Positions 15,598 through 29,634 are shown, counted from the first letter of the stretch. The stretch: 64,000 nt of DNA from Octopus vulgaris (GCA_951406725.2 OX597817.1:138384001-138448000), one strand, 5' to 3'. Numbers and translations: made by a program. Notes: generated from the letters alone by a model not told the origin.

Positions 15598-15761
15598 TAT
15601 GTATGTATGTATGTATGTATGTATGTATGTATGTATGTATGTATGTATGTATGTATGTATGTATGTATGTATGTATGTATGTGTGTGTGTGTGTATGTGT
15701 GTATGTATGTATGTATGTATATATGTATGTATGTATGTATGTATATATATATATATATATC

Positions 15762-16342
15762 CTTTCTACTGGAAGCACAAGGCCTCATATTTTGGGAGAA
15801 GGGATTAAGTCGACTACATCGACCCCAGTGCGTAACTGGTGCCAATTTTATCGACTCTGAAAGGATGAAAGGCATAGTCAACCTCGGCGGATTTCGAACT
15901 CAAAAATTAACGACAGACGAAATACCTATTTCTTTATTATTCACAAGGGGCTAAACACAGAGGGGACAATCAAGGACAAACAAACGGATTAAGTCGATTA
16001 CATCGACCCCAGTGTGTAACTGGTACTTAATTTATCGACCCCGAAAGGATGAAAGGCAAAGTCGACCTCGGCGGAATTTGAACTCAGAACGTAACGGTAG
16101 ACGAAATACCTATTTCTTTACTACCCACAAGGGGTTAAACACAGAGGGGACAAACAAGGACAGACAAACGGATTAAGTCGATTACATCGACCCCAGTGCG
16201 TAACTGGTACTTAATTTATCGACCCCGAAAGAATGAAAGGCAAAGTCGACCTCGGCGGAATTTGAACTCAGAACGTAGCGGCAGACGAAATACCGCTAAG
16301 CATTTCGCCCGGCGTGCTAACGATTCTGCCAGCTCGCCGCCT
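15762..16342 (-). mobile_element. SINE family 1, tandem trimer
   Basis: Three consecutive ..ATCGACCCCAGTGCGTAACTGGTAC..GAAAGGATGAAAGGCAAAGTCGACCTCGGCGGAATTTGAACTC units; only the rightmost has the full head. Confidence 0.9.
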
Positions 16343-16356
16343 TTGTATCTGTATAT

Positions 16357-16743
16357 TCTTTTATTCTTTTACTGGTTTCAGTCATTTTGACTGCGGCCAT
16401 GCTGGAGCACCGCCTTTAGTCGAGCAAATCAACCTCAGGACTTATTCTTTGTAAGCCTAGTACTTATTATATCGGTCTCTTTTGCCGAACCGCTAAGTTA
16501 CGAGGACATAAACACACCAGCATTGGTTGCCAAGCGATGATGGTGGTGGTGGGGGGACATACATACAAACACACACACACGCTCACACACACAAATATAT
16601 ATATATATATATGACGGGCTTCTTTCAGTTTCTGTCTACCAAATCCACTCACACGGCTTTGGTCTGTCCAACGCTATCGTAGAAGATACTTGTCCAAGGT
16701 GCCACGCAGTGGGTGGTAAGCAAGCTATTTACTACACAGCCAC
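16357..16743 (-). mobile_element. tRNA-derived SINE family 2 (CR1-like 3' tail, internal TA/CA microsatellite)
   Basis: Head GTGGCTGTGT(G)GTAA, body ACCAAAGCC..GTGAGTGGATTTGGTAGACAGAAACTGAAAGAAGCCCGTC, tail GGCGGTGCTCCAGCATGGCCGCAGTC. Confidence 0.85.
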
Positions 16744-17336
16744 TTCTGATCAACGAAAAAGAACCAAAAGTAAGTTTATCAATATAATTTTTTCTAGTAA
16801 TTGCCTCAACATTTTTATGTGAAACCTTAAAAAAAAAACAAAAAAGAAACAAAAAGCATTTGAACATCAGGGATTCTGAGTCCGCAATTTTTTTTTAACT
16901 AAAAGCATTCTTAAAAAAAAAATAAACTGATTTGGATATGAGGATTTAGTAGCGTAGCACTTGCTTTCCTGCGATCGAAATGTATATTACAGAAAATATA
17001 TTAATGCACACTTTAAGGGCAAACAAAATATATTTATACGCAATTATTACGCAAAATATGCTCACACTCTAAATCAAGTTTTCCAACGTTAACCAATTCG
17101 ACGCTCAAAACACTTCTTTCGGGATTTACATACGGGTACCTAACGTATACACACACACATGGAAAACGTACTTTATTTGTCACCAAGGCAACGGACATTT
17201 GGGGAATGGATTTCAGGGGATAATCTGATGTCATAGGATGACATCTAATTGGAATTATCCCTGGTGGCAATTCGAAATCGGTTTCATCCTACTCCTCTGC
17301 CCTCACCTTCGGTAATTTGAACGCGATTTCAAGTTA

Positions 17337-17648
17337 CCAGGGGGTCAATTGAAGGATGGGTTCCAGAGAGTCAACTGAAGGGTGGGTACCAGGGAGTCAA
17401 CTGAAGGGTGGGTACCAGGGGGTCAACTAAAAGGTGAGCACCAGGGAGTCAACTGAAGGATGGGTACCAGGGAGTCAACTGAAAGGTGAATACCAGGGAG
17501 TCAACTGAAAGGTGAGCACCAGGGAGTCAACTGAAGGATGGGTACCAGGGAGTCAACTGAAAGGTGAGTACCAGGGAGTCAACTGAAGGGTGGGTACCAG
17601 GGAGTCAACTGAAAGGTGGGCACCAGGGAGTCAACCGAAATGTGGGGT
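17337..17648. repeat. 26-bp minisatellite, 12 copies
   Basis: Unit CCAGGGAGTCAACTGAAGGGTGGGTA counted 12 times (312 bp). Confidence 0.95.
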
Positions 17649-18309
17649 AGTATGAAATAGCCGCACCGGCAGAATTTGAGAAGAAAAATATCAGAGATGA
17701 ATTTGTTGGTATGGTTGCCTGATATACTACACGCCTTGGAATATAACCAAGTGTTTGCTGCTATTTCTAGCATACTGAACGGCCACGTAGAGAATAGACT
17801 AACTTTGAGTTTGTTTAATAAGAGAGAAATCTTGAATACCATAAAACTTTCTGCTTGTTTATTTAATTCAAAAATCTATTGCAGCTTGTAAATATTGTCC
17901 TGGAAATACAGGGACACACCCCTTGAAGGTATACGAGTGAACAGGGTACAACAGCCCCTTACACACACAAAAAACCCCAGCAAAAGCTAAAATCAATATG
18001 ATTGATCAAACAAACTTAATTAGAGAAAATAAAATGAAATAATGATTTTTCGGGAGATCTGGAGCAGAGAGGGAATGTCATTGATGTGGTCACAAATGGT
18101 GACAATCGATTAGTTGATTGGTTAAGGAGTTTAACTAATTGACAAATAAAAAATAAATAAATAAAAAGTGAAATAGGACCAGTGCGTGTATTCATTATTG
18201 GCATAACGACCGTCTCGAAATACAGCGAAATATATTTCAATATACAGGCTCACGTCAAAAACCTTGCAAACCAGATGCATAACCATAACAACACGCTGAA
18301 CTACTACTT

Positions 18310-18376
<67 letters not shown>

Positions 18377-18528
18377 ACACACACACATATGCATACATAC
18401 ATATTTACATATGCACATACATATACATATATATATACACACACACACATATATATATATACATATATACATATATACATGCAAGCATATATGCATGCAT
18501 ACATACATACATATATACATACATATAT

Positions 18529-18580
<52 letters not shown>

Positions 18581-18749
18581 CACTTAATATTGTATTAAAG
18601 ATGGGTATAATGATATATCAAAACGGGATGGTGGAAGCTGGATTGCCTTTGTTCCTAAGACTGTTGTTTAACCCCAGGATGATCTGCGGTTAAACAACAA
18701 CAGTCAACTTTATTACCGACAAACTTAACAATGGTCGTCCACCAACACT

Positions 18750-18994
18750 ACTACAACAACAACAACAACCACCACAACAACCACTACCATCACAACCACC
18801 ATCGCCACCTCCCATTCACTACCACATCAATTACTACCAACACTGGTACGACATTAACGCCGCACAACCACCACCACCACCACCACCATCACCACCACCA
18901 TGACTACCACCACCATGACTACCACCACCACCACCACTACCAACCACCACCACCACCACCACCACCACCACCACCACCACTACCACCACTACCA

Positions 18995-19041
<47 letters not shown>

Positions 19042-19064
19042 CAACAACAACAACAACAGCAACA

Positions 19065-19120
<56 letters not shown>

Positions 19121-19125
19121 AACAG
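18750..19125. repeat. Compound (CAC)n/(CAG)n/(CAA)n microsatellite
   Basis: Directly visible. Confidence 0.9.
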
Positions 19126-19660
19126 CATCTTTGTCGACATGCTTTTTGCGAATATAACGTCAGTGGAATTTTACGATTCTGTTTCTGAAATTCTTTGCAG
19201 TTGGGTGCATGAATAACGGACTGTGTTAGAATATAAAGGTGTCTTTAGTCTTAGAGAGGAAAATGGTAACTAGCAGAGGTGGTGGCGGCGGCGGCGGCGG
19301 TGGTGGTAGTGGAATGGTGAAAGGGGCAGTATTTGTTCTTATTGATGACCTGACTTCGGAATTACGTCAGCACCTGAGGCGAGAAACATCAGAAGCAGTC
19401 CATTGTTCACACTTCTTATCAGCAACAGGCCATAAACACTGACAACACACATGCATATATACATACATACCTGCATATACATACATAAACATATACATAT
19501 ATATACACATATACATGTATATACACACACACATGCATATATGCATATATATATATTATACACACTTATATACATGTATACATATGTATGTATGTATGTA
19601 TATACACACATGTATGTACGTACGTACGTACGTATGTATGTATGTATGTATGTATGTATG

Positions 19661-19694
<34 letters not shown>

Positions 19695-19700
19695 TGTATG

Positions 19701-19734
<34 letters not shown>

Positions 19735-20064
19735 TGTATGTATGTATGTATGTATAGATGCATTATATGAGCAATTTAGTGAAAGTGGGGACGGGCCGTG
19801 TCCATGAACTTTGCAGACCCTCCCAGAATTGTGAGATCGATGCAGACGATGCCAAGCTTGAACGTGTGCAGGAAAATGGTGGGCGAATCCTTAGAGATTA
19901 TATAATATCAGCTAATGACGATTGGCCGTTTTGTGATAATCGCCTACGATATATATGGACAAGCATAATGCATCCATCAACCGTGTGCGCGCGCGGCGTG
20001 ACTCCGTGTGTATGTGTATGTGCGCTCGCGCGTGTATGTACGTACGTATGTATGTATGCATGTA

Positions 20065-20102
<38 letters not shown>

Positions 20103-20299
20103 GGTTGATTTGTGAGTAATGCAAGGAATGCTTACAAAAAAAAAGTCAAAGAACGTCAATGATAGTTTGATAATATTAAACCGAGTGGGATATTACCTCC
20201 AACAATAAGTGTACGCACGCGTGCACACGCATACACACACGCTAAAATTGTACAGTGTCTGCACCATATGATTCAGATCCTTATGTGTCGCTGCACCTT

Positions 20300-21620
20300 C
20301 GTGCAAGGAAGCTGCTGGTTGCGTAGACAAGATGACGTCAGATTATTTTTAGGGTACTTCAGTCTGTTGTATTTCAGCGACAGCATTTATCTCGCGGGAC
20401 ATTCCTCGATTTGATAGTGTCAGGTTATATTTCAGTTTGCGTGGTCGACATGAGTTATATAGTTGCCTGTAATCTCTACGGATAGCTGAACTTATATACC
20501 CTGCTGTTGTACGTTGGTCAGCTAGAGCTAAGCTGGTATATCCAGGTTATTAATGGCCAGACATTTGAAATTCATTTTAAGGGAGAACATTTGTTGGCAA
20601 AAATAAGACAGATCCTTTTTTAATTATTAGTGGATATTGCGGAGTGGCGAAGTGTGTGAAGTTTGTCACGGAAACAGGATTGGCAATTAGAGTTCCAAAT
20701 GAGTGAGAAGTCAAAGATGTTCCATGTGAAGTCATTTCGGTAGAACCACATAGAACAGGTTGTTTAATGCGAAAATGCAATAAAAGTTGGAAGTGAACGC
20801 AAAGAACGTTCGATCTCCTTGTTCGATTTTGTCGTCTTGCTTTTCATTTGTGATACTGGAGTGGTACCAACACATGGTGAACTATCTAGAGACGACACCT
20901 AAACAGACACGTATCTCCTTGGTGCCACATACGCCAATTGTTTCGATCTCATTGATATTGGACACAGACTCACCTACAGGCACAAAACACAAGTGGTTTT
21001 GGATACATTCATACCTGACTTGAACACACAGGTACCAGCTATGGCTGTTTATCGAACCATTGAACCAGATGATGGTATCTGCTTTAGAGCATTACTTTTT
21101 TTATTTCAAGTCAGTGAGTTTAGACGTAGGAAGTATTCGGGGGACCTGATCCCACTGTACATTGTGTGGCACATGGCGTTCATATTGCCCTGGGATGAGG
21201 TCAAAACCTGAATACTCGTTCCGGACGAGTAGCGCAATGTAGCAAACATTTCGATCTCGCTGATTATGTTTTTGTCATTCCATTATACGCCAACATACAA
21301 TCCTTTTGTCATCGCCTCCAATTGAGTCATTGCTTCCCCTTCTATGACTTGCAGTTGTGAAATTTCATTGCAACCACATCGCCTGTCGTAACGAACAACG
21401 TTTTGACAGTAGAGCAAAGATGGATCTGTTTCTTCTTGAGAAAACACTCTTGTTCTATCGGTGAAGATGTCAATAATAACGCCTACCTTTGCGAATTGAT
21501 CCAACGGACTTCGCCTACAGACGTTATCCAAAAGTGTGACTGGAAATACTATGATAGTTTGTTTTTCATAATCAGAATTAGGAGAACAATATGGATGGTA
21601 GTGGGGCAAAATGGTTCACG
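20300..21620 (-). pseudogene. Possible decayed sushi/CCP-repeat coding sequence
   Basis: Frameshifted minus-strand pieces: VCRRSPLDQFAKV..FTDRTRV; LRYS..GFDLI.G..AMC..QWDQVPE; CSKADTIIWFNGSI..VQVRYECIQNH; LCGS...HG...SFG. Stops and shifts throughout. Confidence 0.35.
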
Positions 21621-22277
21621 ATGGTAAAACGCAACAGTTAATATGCTGATTTGTTTCTACCTCCAGTCCATAGAATGCAGTGCTAATCATTGATGCAGTG
21701 CACATTAAGAAATTTGCACAGTACGCCTGCACAGTGCATTTGCACATATAAATAGGTGCAGTATGCAGGTGTTCACAGATAAACATATCCATCCTTGAGT
21801 GGTTATTTACAAATGCACTTCCGTACATAGATAAGCTGAGGCATGCCTATGCTTGTGCGTCGCTACACTTTCATATGTGTGTATATTAATAATGTAGACG
21901 GCTGCGTGTTAAGGACCTTCGTTAATATATATACGTATCTTATATTAATAAAGATACACGCGTATATAAAGCAACTGAATTTTAAAAAAAAATAGAGTGA
22001 GTTGCATGCATATAGGCATAAACACAATTCTATGAAATGGTAATATAGCAGAACTACAAGAATCCCAGAATTTAACTTTAGAGTGTTGGTTAAAGACAAG
22101 AGCGTCGTTGATATATTCTTTCAAATCTCTCTGGCGAATTATTAGAAATGTTTTCCTTCTTCTTTCAATTAATAACAGAAACAGTCGTTTATCTTCGTGG
22201 CTATACATTATTTCAACAGGGGATGCTGGGAAGAAAGATATGGAGAAGGAGAAGTAAGGAATAAGACAGAGCAGTAG

Positions 22278-22343
<66 letters not shown>

Positions 22344-22554
22344 CAGAGAGAGGCAGGAAACAGAAAAGTTTTAATTGAAGATACCACTGCTGTTGTTGAG
22401 GACAGTGAACAGGTCGAAGTAATATTTAATGAAACACAGTGACATTGTTTAACGAACATTAGTTTTGGTGTGTTTAAGGAATAAATTTCAGCTTTGACAC
22501 ACTGTAAGGTTGTTTATTAAGACTAAAATTAGCCTTGATCGAGGTGACCGCCCA

Positions 22555-22558
22555 AATT

Positions 22559-22590
<32 letters not shown>

Positions 22591-22780
22591 GCATATATAT
22601 ATACGACGGGCTTCTTTCAGTTTCTATCTGCCAAATCAACTCACAAGGCTTTGGTTCGCCCGAGGCTATAGTAGAAGACACTTGCCCAAGGTAACAGCGC
22701 AGTGGAATGGAACCCAGAACCATGTGGTTGGGAAACAACCTTCTTACCACATGGCCACACCTGCACCTATATACACATAT

Positions 22781-22834
<54 letters not shown>

Positions 22835-23045
22835 CATATATATATACGACGGGTTTCTTTCAGTTTCCATCTGCCAAATCAACTCACAAGGCTTTGGTTC
22901 GCCCGAGGCTATAGTAGAAGACACTTGCCCAAGGTAACAGCGCAGTGGAATGGAACCCAGAACCATGTGGTTGGGAAACAACCTTCTTGCAACATGGCCA
23001 CACCTGCACCCGTATACACATATGATACACACACACACACACACA
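22555..23045 (-). mobile_element. Tandem duplication of a SINE family 2 5' half with its microsatellite (2 x about 244 bp)
   Basis: The ORF track shows the duplicated translation RRHLPKVTAQWNGTQNHVVGKQPS twice. Confidence 0.9.
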
Positions 23046-23309
23046 CACAAACAAACCAGCAAAATCGAACACACATACACAAGGTGTGTGTGTTATTAGT
23101 TCTTGGGTCAGCTGTATTTTAGGTGTAAGAGAATATATTCTTCAATATGCCCGGTGTTAAAAAACCACCTGAACGTAAATCATAAGCAAGTGAGACAACT
23201 CACATCAAGTCCTTTCTCAGAGCGACAGACATTGATGTTTTGTCAGTGTTGTGACTTTCTTATATACCTCGAGCTGCTGTGAATTCATATTTGAATATAT
23301 ATATATATA

Positions 23310-23692
23310 TACTAGAACTGGGCGCCACTGCATAGTGCTAAGGACTCAAATTTGCCATCAAGATGTAGGACAAGATACTGCAATAGCCTGGACTTCAGTG
23401 GTCCACAGCTCTTCAATATCCTCCCGAAGGACCTGAGAGACCTGCATGGGGTGGATGCAGATGTCTTCAAAATAAAGCTGGACCTCTTCCTGTGAGGTGT
23501 CCCAGATGAACCAACTTCACGGCAGGAGGTGCAGATGAGGGCAGCTGCATCAAACTCTCTCATGCACCAAATGTCAATTGCTAAAAAGCATTCGTGAAGT
23601 AAAATCATGTAGCAACACCGAATGGTGGTGTCCCAGCATGGCCACAGCTCGTGAGCTGAAACTAGATGAAAATGAAAAATGAAAAAATGAAA
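23310..23692 (+). mobile_element. CR1-like LINE 3' end
   Basis: YCNSLDFSGPQLFNILPKDLRDL..FKIKLDLFL.GVPDEP..RAAASNSL, then 3' UTR GGTGGTGTCCCAGCATGGCCACAGC and a (GAAAAAT)n tail. Confidence 0.8.
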
Positions 23693-23974
23693 ATATATAT
23701 ACATATACATATATACACACACACACACAAAGTATGGGGGTTTAGTTCACAGGTGATCTAAACGATTAGGTACGCTAGTTAAGTGCGGTAACGGGGTAAC
23801 GGATTACTGAGGCTCCAAGGTTATAGCCGAGATGCTAGTTATGGAGCCATTGCAGATTTCCGATGCAGCGGATATATAATTGTTAAACAGGACGTCAAAC
23901 ATTTAGGCAAAGCAAACATCTCAAGTTGTATACAATTATTACAGGAAGAATTTCTTCATGTAATAATATTGTAT

Positions 23975-24360
23975 ATGGGCTAAACATAGGGAGGACAAAC
24001 AAAGGGATTAAGTTGATTACATCGACCCTAGTGCGTAACTGGTACTTATTCAATCGACCTCGAAAGGATGAAAGGCAAAGTCGACCTCGGTGGAATTTGA
24101 ACTTAGAATGTAGCGGCAGACGAAATACCTATTTCTTTACTGCCCACAAGGGGCTAAACACAGAGGGGACAAACAAGGACAGAGAAACGGATTAAGTCGA
24201 TTATATCGACCCCAGTGCGTAGCTGGTATTTATTTAATCGACCCCAAAGGATGAAAGGCAAAGTCGACCTCGGCGGAATTTGAACTCAGAACATAGCGGT
24301 AGACGAAATATCGCGAAGCATTTCGGTCAGCGTGCTAACGAGTCTGCCAGGTCGCCGCCT
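23975..24360 (-). mobile_element. SINE family 1, dimer
   Basis: Two tandem units matching 15762-16342. Confidence 0.88.
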
Positions 24361-25478
24361 TCTCTACTTTGATTGGTCACTTATCAGATCTTACCACAAA
24401 GAGGCAGTAACATACAGCTCTGGACCATATCTCGATTGCCATACTGCAGTCCATATTCTTTATCACGGGGCAGCAGAATGGAAAAATACTCTATCCTTGG
24501 AATCCAGGTTTGACTATTATTATATAACGAGTTGAATTAATTGTATCTCTTATAGAATATTTCCCTTTAAACCAGACCTTATTGTACCAAACAAGGAGGG
24601 ACATAAATACAATGACATTGTAGTGGATGGGATGGTCAGAGCTGGAATGTCTTTCCTCATAGGATTGTTCGTATAGGATTATTCTGAGGTGCAGCAATAA
24701 CAACAAATGTATTTATTTCACGATAAGGGTGCGTACACACATTCATTTATGTTGAGGAAGCCCGAAACGTATCTCACTGGCTCACATGAAGAAGGACCAA
24801 ACTTGCACACTGCTTCTTTGTGGATGACTTGGAACTGTATGCCAAGAGTATGACCTGGTTACAGTAGTTTCAAAGGACATAAAGACTACGCGCCTTCACT
24901 GGTCAGTTAAGGTGAGACAGTGTCACGTGACAACTTGCTGGGGCTGCCTGCTGAAGCCTATGCGGCAGGTATTTAAAGGGAAAATTTGACAAGTCAGTTA
25001 ATCGCCTTCTGACACTCGCTGACGCTACATCGAAGAGGCCAGGGAACAGAAGAAAGAAGAAAAACATGCACCCAACACCAGAACTGAAGACACCTCCGAA
25101 AGGGGGGACCCCGCCACGTCAAAACGGTAGAGGAGTAGGGGCCGAAACCGGACGTGGTTCCTCTTGATGATGTCTTGAGCTAACTGGATCCTATAAAGGG
25201 GCTGTTGTGGTAGCAGACCACGAAACACGGTTGTAATTCCTTCCTTCCTAGTTGTGAAAAAGGGAAAATTGTAAACCAGGCGAGCTGCATCTCCATCAAT
25301 GGCTTGACTGTTTCCCCGATATTTGACGAGGAAATGTTATCTAGGGGTGGATGAAAGCATATTTCCTACGGTAGCACTTGTAACAGGACACGTGCCACCA
25401 AAGGATATTACAGCCGAATAAGGAAAACATAAACCTTGGAACTCTCTGCACTCAATAAAACAGTGCGTGTTTGTGCTT

Positions 25479-25556
<78 letters not shown>

Positions 25557-25561
25557 CTGTG

Positions 25562-25762
25562 TGTATCACCCACCGCACCACTTGACAGCTGGTGTTAACG
25601 TGTTTAATCCCCGTAACTTAGCAATCCACCAAAAGAGACCAATAGAATAAGTACCACGCTTTAAAAATAAAATACGTATTGGGGTCGATTCATTCGACTC
25701 AAAATTGTTCGAGGCGGTGCTCCAGCATGGCCGCCGTCAGCTGATTGAAACAAGTAAAAGGT
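25562..25762 (+). mobile_element. SINE family 2, 3' half
   Basis: CCCCGTAACTTAGC..GACCAATAGAATAAGTAC..GGCGGTGCTCCAGCATGGCCGC. Confidence 0.8.
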
Positions 25763-26015
25763 ACAAGATATATGCGCATGTCTAGACATGCAGCTGTATG
25801 CATGAGGACACATGCATAAAGGAAAACATAGAGATCAGCACATGCACTGATTCCAAACACAGCACACATACCCTGCACACATGCACGCATACCCTGTTGC
25901 TGATGTTGAAATTCCAATGAAGGAGCCTTGGATCTAGGTTAGAAACCAGTTCTTTCTCTATTGGCAAGAAATCTTGGAATAAAACGGAACAATTACATAC
26001 ATACATAGTTATCTA

Positions 26016-26070
<55 letters not shown>

Positions 26071-26075
26071 GTCTG

Positions 26076-26119
<44 letters not shown>

Positions 26120-26705
26120 CATACATATATACATAAATATATACACGCACACAAGCACGTGCGTGTACGCACACACCTCTAGGGACATGGACACACACAC
26201 ACACACACACACACACACTCATATGATATATAAAGATATGCGTGTGTGTGCACGTGTGTTTATAAATATAAATGTATGAATCTATCAATTTATTTGTTTG
26301 TCTAGCTAACTCTCTCTCTTTCTCTTTCATTCTCTCTCTCTTTCACTCTCTCCCCCCCTCTCTCTCTCTCCACTGAGTAGTGGTGTCCGTGGTGGTGGCA
26401 GTGCGGACGATGGCAGCGGTGTTGGTGGTGGCAGTTATAAGCGTGTGTGAGTATTTAGACCTGACTCCACCGTTTCCACAGTTCCAGACACAATCACTCG
26501 GTTCTAATGCAACACCACCTTCCTCCTACCACCACCATTACCATTCTGCACCCCTCTCTTTATTCCGCCACTACTCTCCCTGCGCCTTCTTTCCACTACC
26601 ATCACCGTACCCCCACCCCACCCTTTTATTCCACCTGCCTGGTTATCATTTCTTCAACTTAACGAAGATTAAACAGGCGAAAAATTTGCATCAATTACCT
26701 ACACA

Positions 26706-26769
<64 letters not shown>

Positions 26770-28597
26770 CACACGCACATAAACACACACACGCACACAT
26801 ATTCACACATTCATACACATACAGACATGTACAGACACTCAAACACACATTGATAGGATAGACAATTTACTCAAAATGTCTACACACACACACACACACA
26901 CACACATATACGCTATACATATACACATACAAACACAGATATAGTTAAGATAAATCTATATGTAACTCTTCTTCTTCTTCTTCTTCTTTCATTCTCCCAG
27001 TCTCTCATTCTTTCCTCTTTCTTTCTCTCGCTCTCTCTTTGTCACTCCCTCTCTGTTCTCTCTCTCTCTTTCTCCCTCCCTCCTGCTCTCTCATTTCTCT
27101 CTCTCGTTCTTTACTAATCTCCCAAATCCCCCTCTCTCTTCTTCTTCTTTCCGTTTCTCTAATCATTCTGTCCTCTTTTTCTACCTTTCTCTCTCTTTGT
27201 CTCTTCCTTCCGCTCTCTCGCTTTTCTCTCTCTCTCTCTTTCCCTCTCCATCCTGCTCTTTCATTTCTCTCTCTTTCCCCTCTCTTCCCCACACCTTCTG
27301 TTAGGATTTAGTGGATCTAAACTTGTTTTATTTAGTAGCTGAGACTGGATGGCGGGGCAGCGCCCTTCACCCTCGCAGGCCCTCCAAGATCGATACCTTT
27401 AATGCTCATCTTAAGAACTTTGTTACGTCAACACTTGAAGGAACAGCATGTGCACCGAGGAAGTTCCAGTGAGATTACAAACACCGAAGAAGAAGGTCTG
27501 GCTTAGTGATTAGTGGTGGGCCTGGCGAGGTTGGACATGATACGAATGCTGAGTCGAAGAGAGGGGTGTGGGTTAGGAATTCACCAGTAGAGCTGGCATG
27601 AGCCTGATTGGTTGCAAGAAGCAGAGGCCATTATAGTAGAAGTGGAAAAGGCAGAGGGAGGAGACAGCGCTTCTGTGAGTCTTGGATGGAGCGTGTGTGT
27701 GAGTCACCGAAATCAGAAGGATGACTCTTCTCTGACTCGAACCTAGTTCCTGTCGTCGTCGTCGTTGTTGTTGTTGTTATTGTTTAATCTCTGGACATAG
27801 CCGTAGGAGTTTCAGTCGTGATTATTCTACTTTTTTTTTACTTATATAGTGTATCTAGGAGTACAGTATCCAGCATGTTCCACTCTTTCTTATGAAGGTA
27901 AGGTATAGTTTGAGGAAGGTTTTAGCTACAGATTCTAGCAGATCGAGCGACCATGTCTAGGCACATTCCCTCTCTTCGGCATACACTGGTTTGTTGCAGT
28001 AAAACGTAGTCAAGTGCGTGGCACCCTGCAAGAAGCGACCAGCTGTTACCAATGATTTCGGCGACGACGTCAGAATATGTTATGTGGCAGTTTGATGTCG
28101 CAATTGATCTGGCCTGCGAAAATATCGATTCGCTATTGACTAACACAAAATACAAAAATTTTAAAAAAAGCTTAAAAAGACAACAACACAAAAACAAAAG
28201 TAGACAGGAAGGCATACACGCGCAAATATGTATGTACGTATGTATGTGTGTATTTTTGTATGTATGTACGAGAGAAAGAGAGAGACAGATTGAGGGAGAT
28301 GAGTTGAGGGATTGGAGTAGAATACACAAAAACCCATAACAGAATAAGACACATGTTAAACTCCAACCGGATATTAAGTGAGGGTGTATATTGTGTAGCA
28401 AACAAGACGAAACCGTTATGAACAACCTTTTCTATTACCTGGTCTTTCTTACCTTTTTATGTTATACACACCTTGATGCCAAACCAACACAAGCAGGTAG
28501 GTTCTTGTTATTGTTGTATGTAGTGTTTGCGTGTGTATGTGAGGGTGGTCCTTTGTATATTGTGTCTATGTGCGTATTTATATGATTATATGTACGT

Positions 28598-28671
<74 letters not shown>

Positions 28672-28709
28672 GCATGTATGTGTGTATACAAATAAGTATA
28701 TGTATACAT

Positions 28710-28920
28710 CGAGGGAGTGCTGAAAAGTTCCTGGCTTTGGGTAAAAGAAAATCTAAGGGAATCAGTAAATTATGGGTTTGGTCAATATATTCCCCCCTCA
28801 AATCCATACATTTATCGCAGCGGTCCTTCCGTTTTCTAAGCCCCGTAAAAGAGCTCGAAGCTGGTTCTCTTAAGAGAAGGTCGGGACTCTTAAAGCCAGG
28901 AACTTTTCACCACTCCCTCA
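28710..28920. mobile_element. Mariner-type MITE, about 28-bp TIRs
   Basis: GAGGGAGTGCTGAAAAGTTCCTGGCTTT (28711-28738) and AAAGCCAGGAACTTTTCACCACTCCCTC (28892-28919). Confidence 0.85.
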
Positions 28921-28957
28921 TATGTTTGTACACACACACACACACACACACATAGTG

Positions 28958-29245
28958 AGGGAGCGTAGCTTAGTGGTTAAGGCATTCGACTCACGGCTGT
29001 AAGGTCGTGAGTTCAATTCCCGGTGACGCGTTGTGTCCTTGAGCCAGACACTTTATTTCACGTTGCTCCAGTCCACCCAACTGGCAAAAGGGCCAACCAT
29101 GTCACGCTGAATCTCCTTGAGAACTACGTTAAGGGTACACATGTCTGTGGATTACTTGGCCACTTGCACGTTAATCGCACGAGCAAGCTGTTCCGTTGAT
29201 CGTATCAGCTGGGACCCTCGTCGTCGCAACCGACGGAGTGCTCCT
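28958..29245 (+). mobile_element. tRNA-derived SINE family 3
   Basis: A box TAGCTTAGTGG, B box GAGTTCAATTCC, central GTGTCCTTGAGC.AGACACTT; paralog at 61715-61955. Confidence 0.85.
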
Positions 29246-29634
29246 ACATACATACATACATACATACATACATACATACATACATACATACATACATACA
29301 TACGCACATACATACTTACATGCATAAATACACACACACACATATATGCATATTTATAAATCAGTTGCAGGATTCATTAGAATCTAGGTATATTAACGTA
29401 CAAGGCGCCAGGGTTGGCTGGATTGTGAGCATGTATTACGTTGAAGTAACTCTTAGTTGTTTGTAGGTGGTATACTGTAACTATGAATGTACACACACAC
29501 ATCTATCTATCTACTCTGTCTGTCTGTTTATCTATAAATACACAGACAGATATGTTTGTATATAGGGATCAAGTATAAACTGTAGATCCAACCAAGGGAT
29601 GGATCCAAGTGTAGGATTATATATAATATACAAT

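Noticed and set aside
17337-17648. CRISPR-like array
   Set aside because: The variable part is only about 9 nt and is mutually homologous; there are no unique spacers, no cas genes, and the context is eukaryotic.
18731-19216. His/Pro/Ser/Asn-rich ORF resembling a transcription-factor low-complexity region
   Set aside because: Made almost entirely of trinucleotide microsatellites that are open in several frames; no domain or splice support.
24805-25460. Additional RT remnants (HCFFVDDLELYAK, YLGV)
   Set aside because: Probably old Dong-like debris, but too fragmentary to bound as a feature.
28958-29030. tRNA gene
   Set aside because: A and B boxes are present, but the sequence continues into a SINE body repeated at 61715-61955; it is a SINE head.
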